Assembly (NCBI GenBank): GCA_963709405.1
Contig: CAVPXM010000055.1
Span: 160,001 to 224,000 of the forward strand
Length of the DNA: 64,000 bases
Source: an uncultured Nitrososphaerales archaeon
Lineage (GTDB): Archaea; Thermoproteota; Nitrososphaeria; Nitrososphaerales; Nitrososphaeraceae
Direction: 5' to 3'
The notes under the pieces were generated by a model. The model saw only the letters and a program-made list of their open reading frames with translations. It was not told where the DNA came from and ran no database searches. Position numbers and translations under genes: made by a program. Shown piece by piece: positions 21,929 to 32,759 of the stretch; the stretch's first letter is position 1, and every line of letters starts with the position of its first letter.

Positions 21929-22965
21929 GTGAAGGCTGCGACATTCTCTTTATATGCGTTTATCATAGCTATTTTGTTGGGGGGTGGTGTGTCCTGTGTG
22001 AATGGCGTCCAGATGACAACTTTATTGATCCCCTCTCAGAACTCGGCACAAGGAGATCTAGTTGGAGTCAGATTCATTGAACTTAAATATGATCCAAGTA
22101 GTACAATCAGCTAAACAACTCGCTGGTAAAACAGAAAACGTTAGGTTTACGCTTAATTCTTCCGATCCTGCTATGGCTAAAATTGTTTCTATTATCAACA
22201 GCGATATTGCTTCGCAGAAAAAAAGTCCTGTCAGGTTCACTAACGCAACTTTAGTGTACACAGGCCAGATAAGAGGAGATCCTAACAGCGCTACACTATC
22301 TTATAAAGTGGATATCAAACCCACCATCAGCAACTTTGTGCTTGACAAGAATAGTCAGGGAGCTGTTGTTGACCTAGACTGGCGAGGATTCGTTATTGAC
22401 GAACCCTTACTTGTTAATGTGCCAAAGTATGGAAATATGAGTATTAATTATCCAATAGGCCTTTTGCAAGCTACGCATTCGGATTTGGCAAAAAAATTCC
22501 TTGCATCAGCCTCCTCATCCGTCATGAAAGATCCATTGCTGGATTTTCATGATGTCGCAAAATCTATGGATACCTGGCATTTCTTGTTTGACCCGACAGG
22601 AAGTCAGGCAGGAGCTGCAGGATTTAAGGAAATCGGTGGTGCTCGTGCAATTTCTATTTATTCACTGGGTGAGAGGCAGCTTTAGAGAAGGCACTATGAC
22701 CGAAACAGTATCTGACAGCACAGCTAATATTGACGGTTCTCCAGTAGGAGTTCACTCCAGTACTCCTCCTCCAAGTGCCCAAATCCAGATTAGCGGATTT
22801 TCTAACATTCGAAAGTCAGGAAACAGCGAACTGGCCTTTGTTTCAGATAAGGCTCCTGAAGGAACAGTTACAGCTACCGGAGGATTTCCCATTCAGGTAC
22901 TTCTCGTCTTGGGAGGAATGATGGGGGCTGTAGCCGTGTTTGTTCTTCTCAAGGCAAGGAAATGA
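21929..22965 (+). CDS. Exported protein with C-terminal membrane anchor (extra bases near 22108 and 22675)
   Basis: Three consecutive overlapping ORFs join into signal peptide + beta-rich body + GGFPIQVLLVLGGMMGAVAVFVLL-KARK anchor. Confidence 0.75.
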
Positions 22966-23021
22966 ATGATGTAGGTATGATTAAAATTGAAGACTTCAAG
23001 TGTTAAAGGAGAGAGATTGCA

Positions 23022-23552
23022 TTATCCATCCCCTTGAAGCCTCAGATAATATCCAATATCTAGCAATGTGTAAACTGTGATTGACCCCTCGTTGAATATT
23101 TGTGCTGCAGGAACCCTAGCCCTGCCCACGGCGACAGTTTCCCTCTTATCGTTTAGGATCACTAGAAACTGACTTGCTAGAATGTCTGGGCTCGCATCGG
23201 TAATCGATTGTCCGAACAGATCTCTTCCGTATAGGACCAATCTCTCTCCGATCTCATTAACAACCACGAAAGGAAGCTTTCTACCGACTCTATAAAAGAT
23301 GTCTGCTCCTTGCAAGGATGGAATAAATTGCTTCCCTAGATGACCAATCATTAGACCTACATAAGTGGGAGAAACCGAAAGCGCTACTGCCCCAGCGCTG
23401 TCTGACGCTAAATAGACCTTCCTTTCTTTAGTCTTCAAGTGTTCCTTTATCAATATAGATTTGTCTTTGAAGAAGTCAAAGCATCCCAATTTATCATAGG
23501 TCCTCTTAAGAATTGTTAATTCTCTTCGAGTGGGCTTTCTGTACACATTCAT
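23022..23552 (-). CDS. NIP7-like PUA-domain ribosome biogenesis protein
   Basis: GERLVLYGRDL and LLDIGYYLR; coupled to the rRNA m5C methyltransferase gene. Confidence 0.75.
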   Translation of the reverse strand: MNVYRKPTRRELTILKRTYDKLGCFDFFKDKSILIKEHLKTKERKVYLASDSAGAVALSVSPTYVGLMIGHLGKQFIPSLQGADIFYRVGRKLPFVVVNEIGERLVLYGRDLFGQSITDASPDILASQFLVILNDKRETVAVGRARVPAAQIFNEGSITVYTLLDIGYYLRLQGDG

Positions 23553-24604
23553 TCACTTTTTTTGATACGAATCTTTGCTATGTAGAAGCCAGATGTATTA
23601 TGTAAATGAGGATAAAACCGACGCGTATTAACTAAACTTTCATCCATTGTTAAATCGCCGTACTTGACCAATCCAGGTTCGCCATATTTTTGTGGTTCAA
23701 GACTAATATTGCTCCGTAGGCTTAACAATTTGTTGATCACTAGTTCGTTTTCTTCCGGAGCAAAGGTACAAGTTGAATAAACTATGAGGCCTCCCCTCTT
23801 GACAAGCTCAACTGCGCGGAGTAGCAGTTCGATTTGTCTTTGCATGCACTCCTCTATCTTTTGAGGCTCCAAACTGGTCTTTATAGTAGGATCCTTTGCA
23901 ATTATACCTTCACAACTGCACGGCGCGTCGAGAAGAACCCTATCGAACTTAAGCCCCAGTCTTTGTGCATAATGAGCATCTAACCCGTAAATACATGCAT
24001 TTATTATTCCACATCGCGACAAATTGAATTTCAAAGATTTGATCCTTCTTGGATTTGGCTCCAAAGCTACAATACAACCAGAATTTTTCATTTTTTGTGA
24101 AATGTAGGTTGTTTTGCCTCCTGGTGCGGAGGCCATATCTAAATTTAATTGATAAGGCAGGACGTCCAATTCATCTACTGCAATACAAGAGGTCAAATCT
24201 TGAATATAATAATAGCCCAGAAGATATTCTGTCGTTGCCCCTATAGGATAACGAGATCTCTTCACAAGTAGGACTTCATTCAAAATTGTATCTTCGTACC
24301 CTACACCTTTATCTATTAGCCTCTGTATAAGATCATTTTTAGTTATTTTTAATGTATTGATCCTAATATACTTTGGTAAACCTCTCTCCATAGATATCAA
24401 ACAGGCCCTTAGATTTGGAATAAACTGCAAAAACCTGCATACCATCCATTCACTATAGCCAAATTCTTGTGAAAGCTCTTTTGAAACGGACGATTCAGGA
24501 AAAACTTTAACATCCAATTTATCGTCGAGTATATCAATCATTTGATATTTTATTGTATGTAAATCCCAATATTCTGAATCTATACAACACTTAAATTCGT
24601 ACAT
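23549..24604 (-). CDS. NOL1/NOP2/RsmB-family RNA m5C methyltransferase
   Basis: YYIQD, DMASAPGGKT, DRVLLDAPCS, YSTCT, ENE. Confidence 0.94.
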   Translation of the reverse strand: MYEFKCCIDSEYWDLHTIKYQMIDILDDKLDVKVFPESSVSKELSQEFGYSEWMVCRFLQFIPNLRACLISMERGLPKYIRINTLKITKNDLIQRLIDKGVGYEDTILNEVLLVKRSRYPIGATTEYLLGYYYIQDLTSCIAVDELDVLPYQLNLDMASAPGGKTTYISQKMKNSGCIVALEPNPRRIKSLKFNLSRCGIINACIYGLDAHYAQRLGLKFDRVLLDAPCSCEGIIAKDPTIKTSLEPQKIEECMQRQIELLLRAVELVKRGGLIVYSTCTFAPEENELVINKLLSLRSNISLEPQKYGEPGLVKYGDLTMDESLVNTRRFYPHLHNTSGFYIAKIRIKKSE

Positions 24605-24681
24605 TCATTCAAACTAATTAATAATTCTCTACAAATTATTCAGGTTGGATACTACTGCAAGGTTTAAACTTATGGGATAAG

Positions 24682-24967
24682 GGTGTGCTAGCAATAACCC
24701 TCCTTTTGTTTTAAGCGAGATTTCGCTGAGCGGCCAACCTGAGGTATTGCAGGAATAATCGCCCTCTATTTGGCCTTGCTCCACCCGGGTCGGCAGTTTC
24801 ATTCTAGCGCACACCCTTCAGATTACTCACCATCATTAGGATACAGGAGTGTCTAGATTTCTTTTCTATTCCGTAGCCAGCTGTCTCCAGCTAAATATCA
24901 CTATATCGAGTGCCTGCGATGAGGGAGGAGTTTCCTCTCTTTCGAGTAACTCGCCCACTAGCTCACC
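24682..24967 (-). ncRNA. rnpB: RNase P RNA (archaeal)
   Basis: Minus strand has GAGGAAACUCCUCC near the 5' end and AAAACAAAAGGAGGGUUAU near the 3' end (complementary P4), internal GAAAC and GGAGCAAGGCCAAAUAG, and a terminal P1 stem GGUG-A-GCUAGU/GCUAGC-A-CACC. Confidence 0.92.
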
Positions 24968-25005
24968 AAATCATCTGTTTTCATACAAAGGTAATTTTAA
25001 TATTC

Positions 25006-25503
25006 TTATTGGAAGTAGTCTCTTTCAATCTGCATAATTTTTTCTTGATCCATAGCACAAGAATATTCTTCTAATGGCTCGGCATTAAGTTCAAGGAACG
25101 TATGACCCCATTTGAACTTGTTCATGAGACTGATCGATAATCTTCTGTTTCCAAGTATATATACACATCCAGCCAGCGCCTCGGCTGTAGTTAATTTTCC
25201 TACTTTAGAATAATTCGTTGGATTACCAGCGAGCAGACATGGAAGTCGTCGATTATTCAAATATGTAAAAATGGTTTGACTTTCTATTATATTACGAATG
25301 TTTTCCCACGAGCAGTCCACAGCGCAAATGGATCTTGAGGAGAATCTATCACCTGCTGATAGTAATATCTTTGAAAAAGGGTTAAGGACAAGGCTTTGTT
25401 TACTGATTGTTCGGACTCTTTTCGCAAGCCCGAATTTCACTAATTTTAATGCAGTGCACTTTATTGGATCATCTTGTTTAAGCAGAACTACCTCTAGCTT
25501 CAC
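25006..25503 (-). CDS. tsr3: 16S rRNA aminocarboxypropyltransferase (DUF367)
   Basis: DDPIKCTALKL, VDCSW, RRLPCLLAGNPTNY, AEALA, FKWGHTFLELN. Confidence 0.92.
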   Translation of the reverse strand: MKLEVVLLKQDDPIKCTALKLVKFGLAKRVRTISKQSLVLNPFSKILLSAGDRFSSRSICAVDCSWENIRNIIESQTIFTYLNNRRLPCLLAGNPTNYSKVGKLTTAEALAGCVYILGNRRLSISLMNKFKWGHTFLELNAEPLEEYSCAMDQEKIMQIERDYFQ

Positions 25504-25658
25504 AATCTATTATCGTTACATCGAGTCTGATATAAGGTTAACAATATTGATGCCGTTCAGCTCCATGAATTTCCCAAAAAATAAGAGGGATGACAAAATC
25601 TACAGATCCTATTTAAGTTACATATCGTTAGCGTGGATATACCAAATTGGTGTATCGA

Positions 25659-26318
25659 TTATCCAAAACGATTCTTTATAATTTCCTGTATCGTTGCTTT
25701 ATCGATTGGAAGATCCTTACCGATTGACGAATTCATATCACCTATTTGATTGGGTTGTAATTCTGGAGTATTATTTGAGGTTGATTGTGGAGTAGTATTT
25801 GAGGTTGATTGTGGAGTAGTATTTGAGGTTGATTGTGGGGTAGTATTTGAGGTTGATTGAGAACCCGGCATATCACCTATTTGATTGGGTTGTGATTGTG
25901 GAGTAGTATTTGAGGTTGATTGTGGGGTAGTATTTGAGGTTGATTGTGGGGTAGTATTTGAGGTTGATTGTGGGGTAGTATTTGAGGTTGATTGTGGGGT
26001 AGTATTTGAGGTTGATTGTGGGGTAGTATTTGAGGTTGATTGTGGGGTAGTATTTGAGGTTGATTGAGAACCCGGAAATGAATCATTGTAACAACTGTCT
26101 AGCTCAGTCTGGGTAAGATCGCCATCCTTTGCCGCTTTAGATTGACAACTGGACAATTGCTTTAGGTCTTTCTTGGATACACCAGCGCCTGAATTGGAAT
26201 CACCTGTCTGCGTTTTATCCTGTGCAAATGCGTACCGACCTAATGCTGGGCTTGTTACCACCAATATTAAGAGGCCAATTCCTATTGAGAGGAGACTGGC
26301 CTTTCTAGCCGTATTCAT
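25659..26318 (-). CDS. Secreted Ser/Thr-rich tandem-repeat protein
   Basis: Signal peptide ending AFA-Q, two-Cys mini-domain, 11 copies of QSTSN(T/N)TP. Confidence 0.8.
   Translation of the reverse strand: MNTARKASLLSIGIGLLILVVTSPALGRYAFAQDKTQTGDSNSGAGVSKKDLKQLSSCQSKAAKDGDLTQTELDSCYNDSFPGSQSTSNTTPQSTSNTTPQSTSNTTPQSTSNTTPQSTSNTTPQSTSNTTPQSTSNTTPQSQPNQIGDMPGSQSTSNTTPQSTSNTTPQSTSNTTPQSTSNNTPELQPNQIGDMNSSIGKDLPIDKATIQEIIKNRFG
25764..26066 (-). repeat. 24-bp coding tandem repeat in two blocks (7 copies at 25899-26066; 4 copies at 25764-25859)
   Basis: Unit CAATCAACCTCAAATACTAC(C/T)CCA on the minus strand; each block is preceded by CCGGGTTCT and followed by CAACCCAATCAAATAGGTGATATG. Confidence 0.97.
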
Positions 26319-26544
26319 AACAGTGACTCGACCATATAGATAATATGGACTCTGTTAAACAATTTCATAAGTATGAACTTGCTGAATATAGGTCCAATTT
26401 CTTCTTGTGAATGTATTAGTAATATTCTCACCTGACTCAAACGAGAATGTGAGTGTATAAAAAGAAAAAAGACAACTAACTTGATCGAATATCAATCAAC
26501 CATCTTCTGGAATATGCGCTTATTTTGAAACGTTGAGATCTGTT

Positions 26545-27222
26545 CTAATCAGTTCCCACAATACCAGATCTAAAACTAGCAAGTGACATAAGAGGGGCTA
26601 TCATTCTAAAATATGAATCAATATCAGTCTCGATAACTTTCCCTTCGTCTATATTGATGACATAAATCATATGTAGCCTCGCGTTTAGAATTTCATCCAT
26701 GTCCAGTTGAGGGGATTTGTAATACTTGTCACATAATGCTTTGACCTGCTTTACATCCCCCACTCCTCTCACTCTTGGAGGCATGGAAAAGATAACCGGA
26801 ATCGGTAAAAGGTTTACCCCCGGAGTTGCCAAAATAAATTCGCTTGCATGTTTACTGTATCGAGAAATTTTGCTGGCAATTCTAGAGATATAGTAAGAAA
26901 CAGGATCTAACGCATGTTCGGGAGGCATGAATCCAGTTTCAATTTCTATTATGACCTGACCATCACCCTTGGTTGCGAAGACATCGCACACAAGCGAGTC
27001 AGTCAATTGCTTCTCAACATCGACAAAGTATCCATATTGAATAAGATGCTTTGCACAGATTAATTCCATAACAGAATGATTGATCTTTACAATATTTCTC
27101 TTATACAATCCAATTAATCTATCCTTAACGAAATTTAGTCTTTGGATATCATCCTCTTGACAACCGGACATTAATCGTTCCGATAGGTTCGTTACGTCTG
27201 CAGTAAACCGCTCAACATCCAA
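26545..27222 (-). CDS. Conserved hypothetical protein with restriction-endonuclease-like (PD-(D/E)XK) pattern
   Basis: 225-aa ORF; HSVME...VDVEKQL...CDVFATKGDGQVIIEIETG. Confidence 0.7.
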   Translation of the reverse strand: MDVERFTADVTNLSERLMSGCQEDDIQRLNFVKDRLIGLYKRNIVKINHSVMELICAKHLIQYGYFVDVEKQLTDSLVCDVFATKGDGQVIIEIETGFMPPEHALDPVSYYISRIASKISRYSKHASEFILATPGVNLLPIPVIFSMPPRVRGVGDVKQVKALCDKYYKSPQLDMDEILNARLHMIYVINIDEGKVIETDIDSYFRMIAPLMSLASFRSGIVGTD

Positions 27223-27309
27223 TATGTTTGTAATTACTCAGCGTGACTTTAAGTGTACCCCTTCAAAAAAAGAGTAAAATTAAGGTGTGGTCAAACAGTA
27301 TTTGATTAA

Positions 27310-28459
27310 ATGTCTAGCATTAAGAAAATAACAATCATTGGGTCTGGCACCATGGGTCACGGCATTGCTCAAGTCTCTGCCATGGCAGGCTACAATATAT
27401 CACTGCGAGACGTCGACCAAAAATTCTTGGATTCAGCTATCGGAAAAATAAGATGGTCTCTTGAAAAACTTATCGAGAAACAAAAAATAACCAGATTAGA
27501 CATGCAAAAGATACTCGATCGCGTTCAATTAACGACAGACCTAAAAGAAGCGCTACGAGATTCAGATCTCATAATAGAAGCTGTGCCTGAAGATTTGGTT
27601 GTAAAGAAAAAAGTGTACGATGAGATGGATCAACTTGTGGAAGACAAGACACTTTACGCATCAAACACAAGCACATTGCCGATTACAGAAATCGCATCAC
27701 TCACCACAAGACCTGAGAGATTCATAGGACTGCACTTCTTTAACCCCCCACAATTGATGAAATTAGTCGAGGTGATTCCTGGAAAGGAGACTAAAGCAGA
27801 CATTGTTGATAGAGCTATGAACTTCATAAACTCGTTGGGAAAGCGAGCCCATTCTATGCCGCAAGGACGTTCCGGGATTCATAGTAAATCGGATCTTTAT
27901 ACCGTTAGTTCATGAAGCGGCATACTGCTTGGAGAGAGACAAGACAGACATAGAAGCTATAGATTCAGCAGTCAAAAACAAGATGAAATTTCCCATGGGA
28001 ATTTTTGAGCTTGCAGACTATACGGGTCTAGATGTAATACATAAGGCAACTATGGAGATGTATTCCAGAGACAAGCTTGTTATAAACCCTCATCCAATGA
28101 TAAAGGAATTATTTGAGCAGGGAAAGTACGGTCAAAAGTCCGGACAAGGATTCTACGAATACAAAAATGAAAAATATGAGCGCGTTAATATTTCCCCTAA
28201 CGAGATTCGTCAATATGATCCTATAAGGTTAGTAGCCTTTGCGACCAATAATGCAAGTTGGTTGATTTCCAATGGAGCCTGTGACAGAATACATCTTGAG
28301 GAGGCATTAAAGCTTGGCATGGGGCTGAAAGCTGAACTATTCGAAACTGTCAAAAGCTATGGCGTTGAATCTATAGTCGATACCCTGAAACAGATGGCCC
28401 AAAATTATGGTCCTGTATATGAACCAAATAAGTATTTAATGGACAATCTCAAAGACTAA
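27310..28459 (+). CDS. hbd: 3-hydroxyacyl-CoA (3-hydroxybutyryl-CoA) dehydrogenase (one extra base near 27845)
   Basis: GSGTMGHGIA, IEAVPE, SNTS, GLHFFNP; repair gives KDVPGFIVNR, then PMGIFELADYTGLD. Confidence 0.93.
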
Positions 28460-28731
28460 AATACCGATCATAATAGGTTTATATTCTAGATTGGATGGGA
28501 GCAAAGGCCGTATCTTATGCCGATTGTTGTCTCAATCAAATGTATTCTCTGCAGTTAGTAGTGTTACTATGAGCCTAAATCTACAATTTGGGACATGATT
28601 GTTAAAATGTATTTTTAGTACTACTCATCTATTCGGTATCTGATATAAATAACAAACTATTTTTGAAATTAGTTCATTCATACAATGATTAAATAAAATA
28701 ATATATGGGTAGGTTAAGCCTCAATCACAGA

Positions 28732-29990
28732 ATGGCTCATTATCGAATTAAGAATCAATCTCTTGCCCAACTAGGAAAAAGGAAAATTGACTGGGCAGAA
28801 GAGCATATGCCTGTATTAGCTTCACTTGGCGATAAATACCGCCTGGAAAAACCCCTTGAAGGCATACGTATTTGTGGTTGTTTACACGTGACGAAAGAGA
28901 CTGGAGTATTGATAAGAACTTTGAGATCCTCCGGTGCAGAATTGTCATGGTGTGGCTGTAATCCGTTGAGGTACCTCAGGATGACGTTGCCGCCTCAATT
29001 GCAATTGACGAAGGAATTTCAATTTATGCTAGTAAAGGGGTCACCACAGATCAATACTATGAAGATATACACAGCACAATGGAAATTAAGCCTAATATCA
29101 CAATAGACGATGGAGCCGATTTGACGGTTGAGGTCCACAGATTTATTGACGATTTTAAGCCTGGATTGTATGGAGGGACGGAAGAGACAACTACCGGTGT
29201 TGTTAGATTGAGAGCTCTCCAAAAATTGGGCAAGCTAATGTATCCTATATTCGCAGTAAATGATGCAGAGACAAAACAAGACTTTGACAATTTTTATGGA
29301 ACAGGACAATCTGCTCTCGATGGCATTATCCGCGCTACAAATATACTATTGTCAGGAAAGAATGTTGTTGTTGCAGGTTATGGACACGTAGGGAAAGGTA
29401 TTGCGAAGAAGGCAGCAGGCCTCGGAGCAAATGTCACCATTACAGAAATCGATCCCATCTCTGCATTAAAAGCTAAGTTAGATGGATTTACTGTTTCGAC
29501 CATGAAGCGTGCATCCTTATTTGGAGATGTTTTTATTACAACTACCGGTTGCAAAGATGTTATTGGCAGTGAAGCTATTAAGGAACTAAAGGACGGAGCA
29601 ATCTTGGCAAATGCCGGCCATTTCAATGTTGAAATATCAGTTCCAGAATTAGAGCGACAATCGGTAAACAAAAGCCAGGTTAACGATAATATAGTACGGT
29701 ACAACTTGAATCATAAAAAGGTATATCTAATAGGAGAAGGCCGGTTGGTGAATTTAGTGGCAGCTGATGGTCATCCCTCCGAGGTTATGGACATGAGTTT
29801 TGCCAATCAATTCTTATCAGTGCTAAAGTTAGCGGAGTCCAAGGGTTCGCTTCAGCCTCTGGTTTACAGTATTTCCAGAGAGCAAGACCAAGAAATCGCT
29901 TTGGCCAAGCTAAAATCCATGAATGTAGAAATTGATACTCTGACTGCGGACCAAAAAACATACATTGGCGGATTTAGTCAAGGAACTTGA
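28732..29990 (+). CDS. ahcY: Adenosylhomocysteinase (two extra bases at 28970-28975)
   Basis: CLHVTKET; repair gives CNPLSTQDD; DDGADL, EETTTG, GYGHVGKG, NAGHF, GHPSEVMDMSF. Confidence 0.96.
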
Positions 29991-30129
29991 AACTTCGAAA
30001 GCATAAGTGGTTTCTCTGGAAAATTCAAAACCAGAAGTTAACAAACATCAATCTACATTAAATATGCATGGTTATAATGCTTAGATATTTATTTCGTATC
30101 GAGTTTGCATTATTTTCGGTCCTATTACC

Positions 30130-30204
30130 GGATGGGTGGTCCAGCTTGGTTAAGATACCTGTCTCACACACAGGTGATCGAGAGTTCAAATCTCTCCCCA
30201 TCCA
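30130..30204 (+). tRNA. tRNA-Val(CAC), intronless, CCA not encoded
   Basis: Acceptor GGATGGG/CCCATCC, anticodon arm CCTGT-CTCACAC-ACAGG, T arm GAGAG-TTCAAAT-CTCTC. Confidence 0.96.
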
Positions 30205-30223
30205 TCTCTTTTTTTCTATCAAA

Positions 30224-31984
30224 TCATGACAGGAGCAACATAACCACATATATAACGCCTGTTATTAATACAAAAAATTTGGTGAGTTGCATAGATTTAT
30301 TCAGTGCCGTCGCATACTCGTCAAATTGTCTTTTCCCCATCACTTTAACGCATGTTCTTGTCGATAACAACTCAAACGTGGAAGAGCTAACATTTTCAAT
30401 GGATTTTTTTGACAGAGAATAAAAGACTTCTGATACGACTTGGGCATCTGTAATACTGCCAAATGCAAAGTACCCCTGTCTAGTCCGCTTGCCTGAGGTA
30501 GAGTGGGTATCAGAGGTACAGATCTCTAGCATTTCAATCCCCTTCTTAGACATATAAGAAACTACGTGTCCTCTCAGGGCATTATCCATATTATTTGAAT
30601 CTGCCCAGCCGATCACATAATAGCGAGCATTAACATTAAGAACGACAGTCGCTAAGCCGGATCCTCCAAGATCATGCTTCAAGGAATCCTCTTTGTAGGA
30701 GATATCGCCGAGATTTGCAAAACCGATTCCAAAAGGATACTCTTGGGATTGATTTAGCTCTTTCAAACATTGTCTTCCTGCGATTAATAGGGATTCGCCA
30801 TTCGCTTTACTCAACGGTGGACCCATAGCGTTGTGGCAGTCTATAACAAGAGTATTCTTGAACCCAAGCGAACGTGAATACTCTTCCAATGATTTCAGCA
30901 TCTCTTCCGAGAGGTCATCCATCCCTTCTGGGGCGCTAGAAAGGAGTATTACTGCTGTATTTCCAAATTTGAGTCCGGTCGCAGTAAAGCCAAAAATACG
31001 TACTTGGCAGGGTAACGAACACATATTATGCTCGTAGCTGAGGTCATGTTTATCGAGTGACCTGACATACTTATCTAGCTCAGATTTGGAAGGAATATTC
31101 AGAGAGTGGTCGGATAGGCTATGGAGAACGATTGCCCTTCTTGAAAATGCTGTAAACAACACCTGAGGAAGGTTGCTTCCCCCGACAGGGTTAAACGGAC
31201 CAGGATGAATATCTGGAAGAATTACATTGACAGCACCACCTCTGTCATCCTTGAACCTTGCGATCAATGTCTTAACTGTTTTTGGTTCAGATCTCGATTC
31301 AGTAAACATTTCCATCCTCCCCGCATCATTATCAGTCCATGCGACTAGAAATGCTTGCAACAAATCAAAGGTGCTTGCAACACTCGGTCGTCCGGCCCTG
31401 TCTGCTAATAGCGTCCACAAGATGCTAATTCCGACAAACGTCATACCAAACAATGGAGAAAGATCTAATTGGTATTTGACAGTGTAACTGGAGAATGGAA
31501 CAATAATTACAACAGCAGCCAATATTATTGGCTGAATTATTCCGACAAAGATTGATCTGGGAAGTCGAGCCCCGAATACAGACCTAAATATCGCAACTCT
31601 CAAACCGATTGCAAGAAACATTCCTTCGATCACATACGAAAGTTGAGAGTCTGTTCTTGCTGACAAGATATGCAAAGCCAAACCCAACATTACTGTGCCG
31701 GACCAGAATAGACTTGAAAAAGCAGATACATGAAAAACTTTCGACAATTTATTAAGAGGAGTCTTGCGTAGAGCCCAAAAATCCAGAAGCGTTAACCCGC
31801 ACATAGCAGGCAGCCCAACCACAAGGGTAGGCAATAAATCGTCAGGTTGTTTGAAAATCCAAACTTTAACTGTGAATATTAAAACCGCGGTACTAATAAT
31901 TGAGATCAGTAATGATGTTCTAGTAGAAGATGGATTAAGACGCGTGAAAGACCATCGCTTATGTATACTAGAAACACTTTCCAT
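30224..31984 (-). CDS. DUF2070-family membrane protein
   Basis: Multi-TM N-terminus, IHPGPF..VGGSNLP, IDCHN, WADSNN, TSDTH, C-terminal TM; follows secG. Confidence 0.85.
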   Translation of the reverse strand: MESVSSIHKRWSFTRLNPSSTRTSLLISIISTAVLIFTVKVWIFKQPDDLLPTLVVGLPAMCGLTLLDFWALRKTPLNKLSKVFHVSAFSSLFWSGTVMLGLALHILSARTDSQLSYVIEGMFLAIGLRVAIFRSVFGARLPRSIFVGIIQPIILAAVVIIVPFSSYTVKYQLDLSPLFGMTFVGISILWTLLADRAGRPSVASTFDLLQAFLVAWTDNDAGRMEMFTESRSEPKTVKTLIARFKDDRGGAVNVILPDIHPGPFNPVGGSNLPQVLFTAFSRRAIVLHSLSDHSLNIPSKSELDKYVRSLDKHDLSYEHNMCSLPCQVRIFGFTATGLKFGNTAVILLSSAPEGMDDLSEEMLKSLEEYSRSLGFKNTLVIDCHNAMGPPLSKANGESLLIAGRQCLKELNQSQEYPFGIGFANLGDISYKEDSLKHDLGGSGLATVVLNVNARYYVIGWADSNNMDNALRGHVVSYMSKKGIEMLEICTSDTHSTSGKRTRQGYFAFGSITDAQVVSEVFYSLSKKSIENVSSSTFELLSTRTCVKVMGKRQFDEYATALNKSMQLTKFFVLITGVIYVVMLLLS

Positions 31985-32011
31985 GACCCGATAATGATAT
32001 TATAAGGCCGA

Positions 32012-32179
32012 TTAGACTGGGAAAAGAATTCTAATTAACAGAGATATCCCGATCAATCCTCCAGTAACCCCCAGAACGACTTCTGGCTTTATTTTGATAC
32101 CTTTAGTTTCGTCTTCGAAAAACCTCAACAATCCTGCACTAGATGCTGGGAGGGGTGCATTTTTCTTCTTACTGCTCAT
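32012..32179 (-). CDS. secG: Preprotein translocase subunit Sec61beta/SecG (absent from the ORF track)
   Basis: Manual translation: MSSKKKNAPLPASSAGLLRFFEDETKGIKIKPEVVLGVTGGLIGISLLIRILFPV. Confidence 0.93.
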   Translation of the reverse strand: MSSKKKNAPLPASSAGLLRFFEDETKGIKIKPEVVLGVTGGLIGISLLIRILFPV

Positions 32180-32334
32180 TAGCAATCAACTGAAAGGGTC
32201 GGAGCTTTAAATACATTGCGATTCTGCTAATCGACAAGCATGTAGCATACTCTGATACTTGAGTCTTATTGCGATGGCGGTAGTGGACAGGCAAGTTTTA
32301 ATAGTAAGAATATGGATGATTAAAATACCAAAAG

Positions 32335-32643
32335 ATGGTGGTTATATGCAAGAAATGTGGCCTGCCTGACGATCTTTGTGCATGTGGTGAACTGGATAAG
32401 GAAGATACGCGAATTATAGTTCGCCTCGAAACCAGACGCTTCAAGAAAACAACTACTATGATTGAAGGCATCGATCCTAAACTTGGCGATCTACAAAGGA
32501 TAGTAAAAGAACTGAAAAGCAAGTTCGCCTGCGGCGGAACGGCCAAAGATGGATACATTATGCTCCAAGGTGATCATAGAGAACATGTCAAAGGTTATCT
32601 TGTAAGTTTGGCCTTTAACGAGGCTGCCATCGAGGTTCAGTAA
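32335..32643 (+). CDS. Translation initiation factor aIF1 (SUI1)
   Basis: CKKCGLPDDLCAC, LKSKFACGGT, LQGDHR. Confidence 0.95.
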   Translation: MVVICKKCGLPDDLCACGELDKEDTRIIVRLETRRFKKTTTMIEGIDPKLGDLQRIVKELKSKFACGGTAKDGYIMLQGDHREHVKGYLVSLAFNEAAIEVQ

Positions 32644-32759
32644 GACCTTCTTTTCTAAAATTAAATCGATTGTTACAACGAAATTATCTTCTGATATTTT
32701 CGCGCCGTTTTTGTATGATCCTTCTGATTCCTCAGTAATCTAAACCTCTCTGAATAAGT

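Noticed and set aside
25764-26066. CRISPR array
   Set aside because: The units are contiguous with no unique spacers, are a multiple of 3 and in frame in a signal-peptide ORF, and no cas genes are present.
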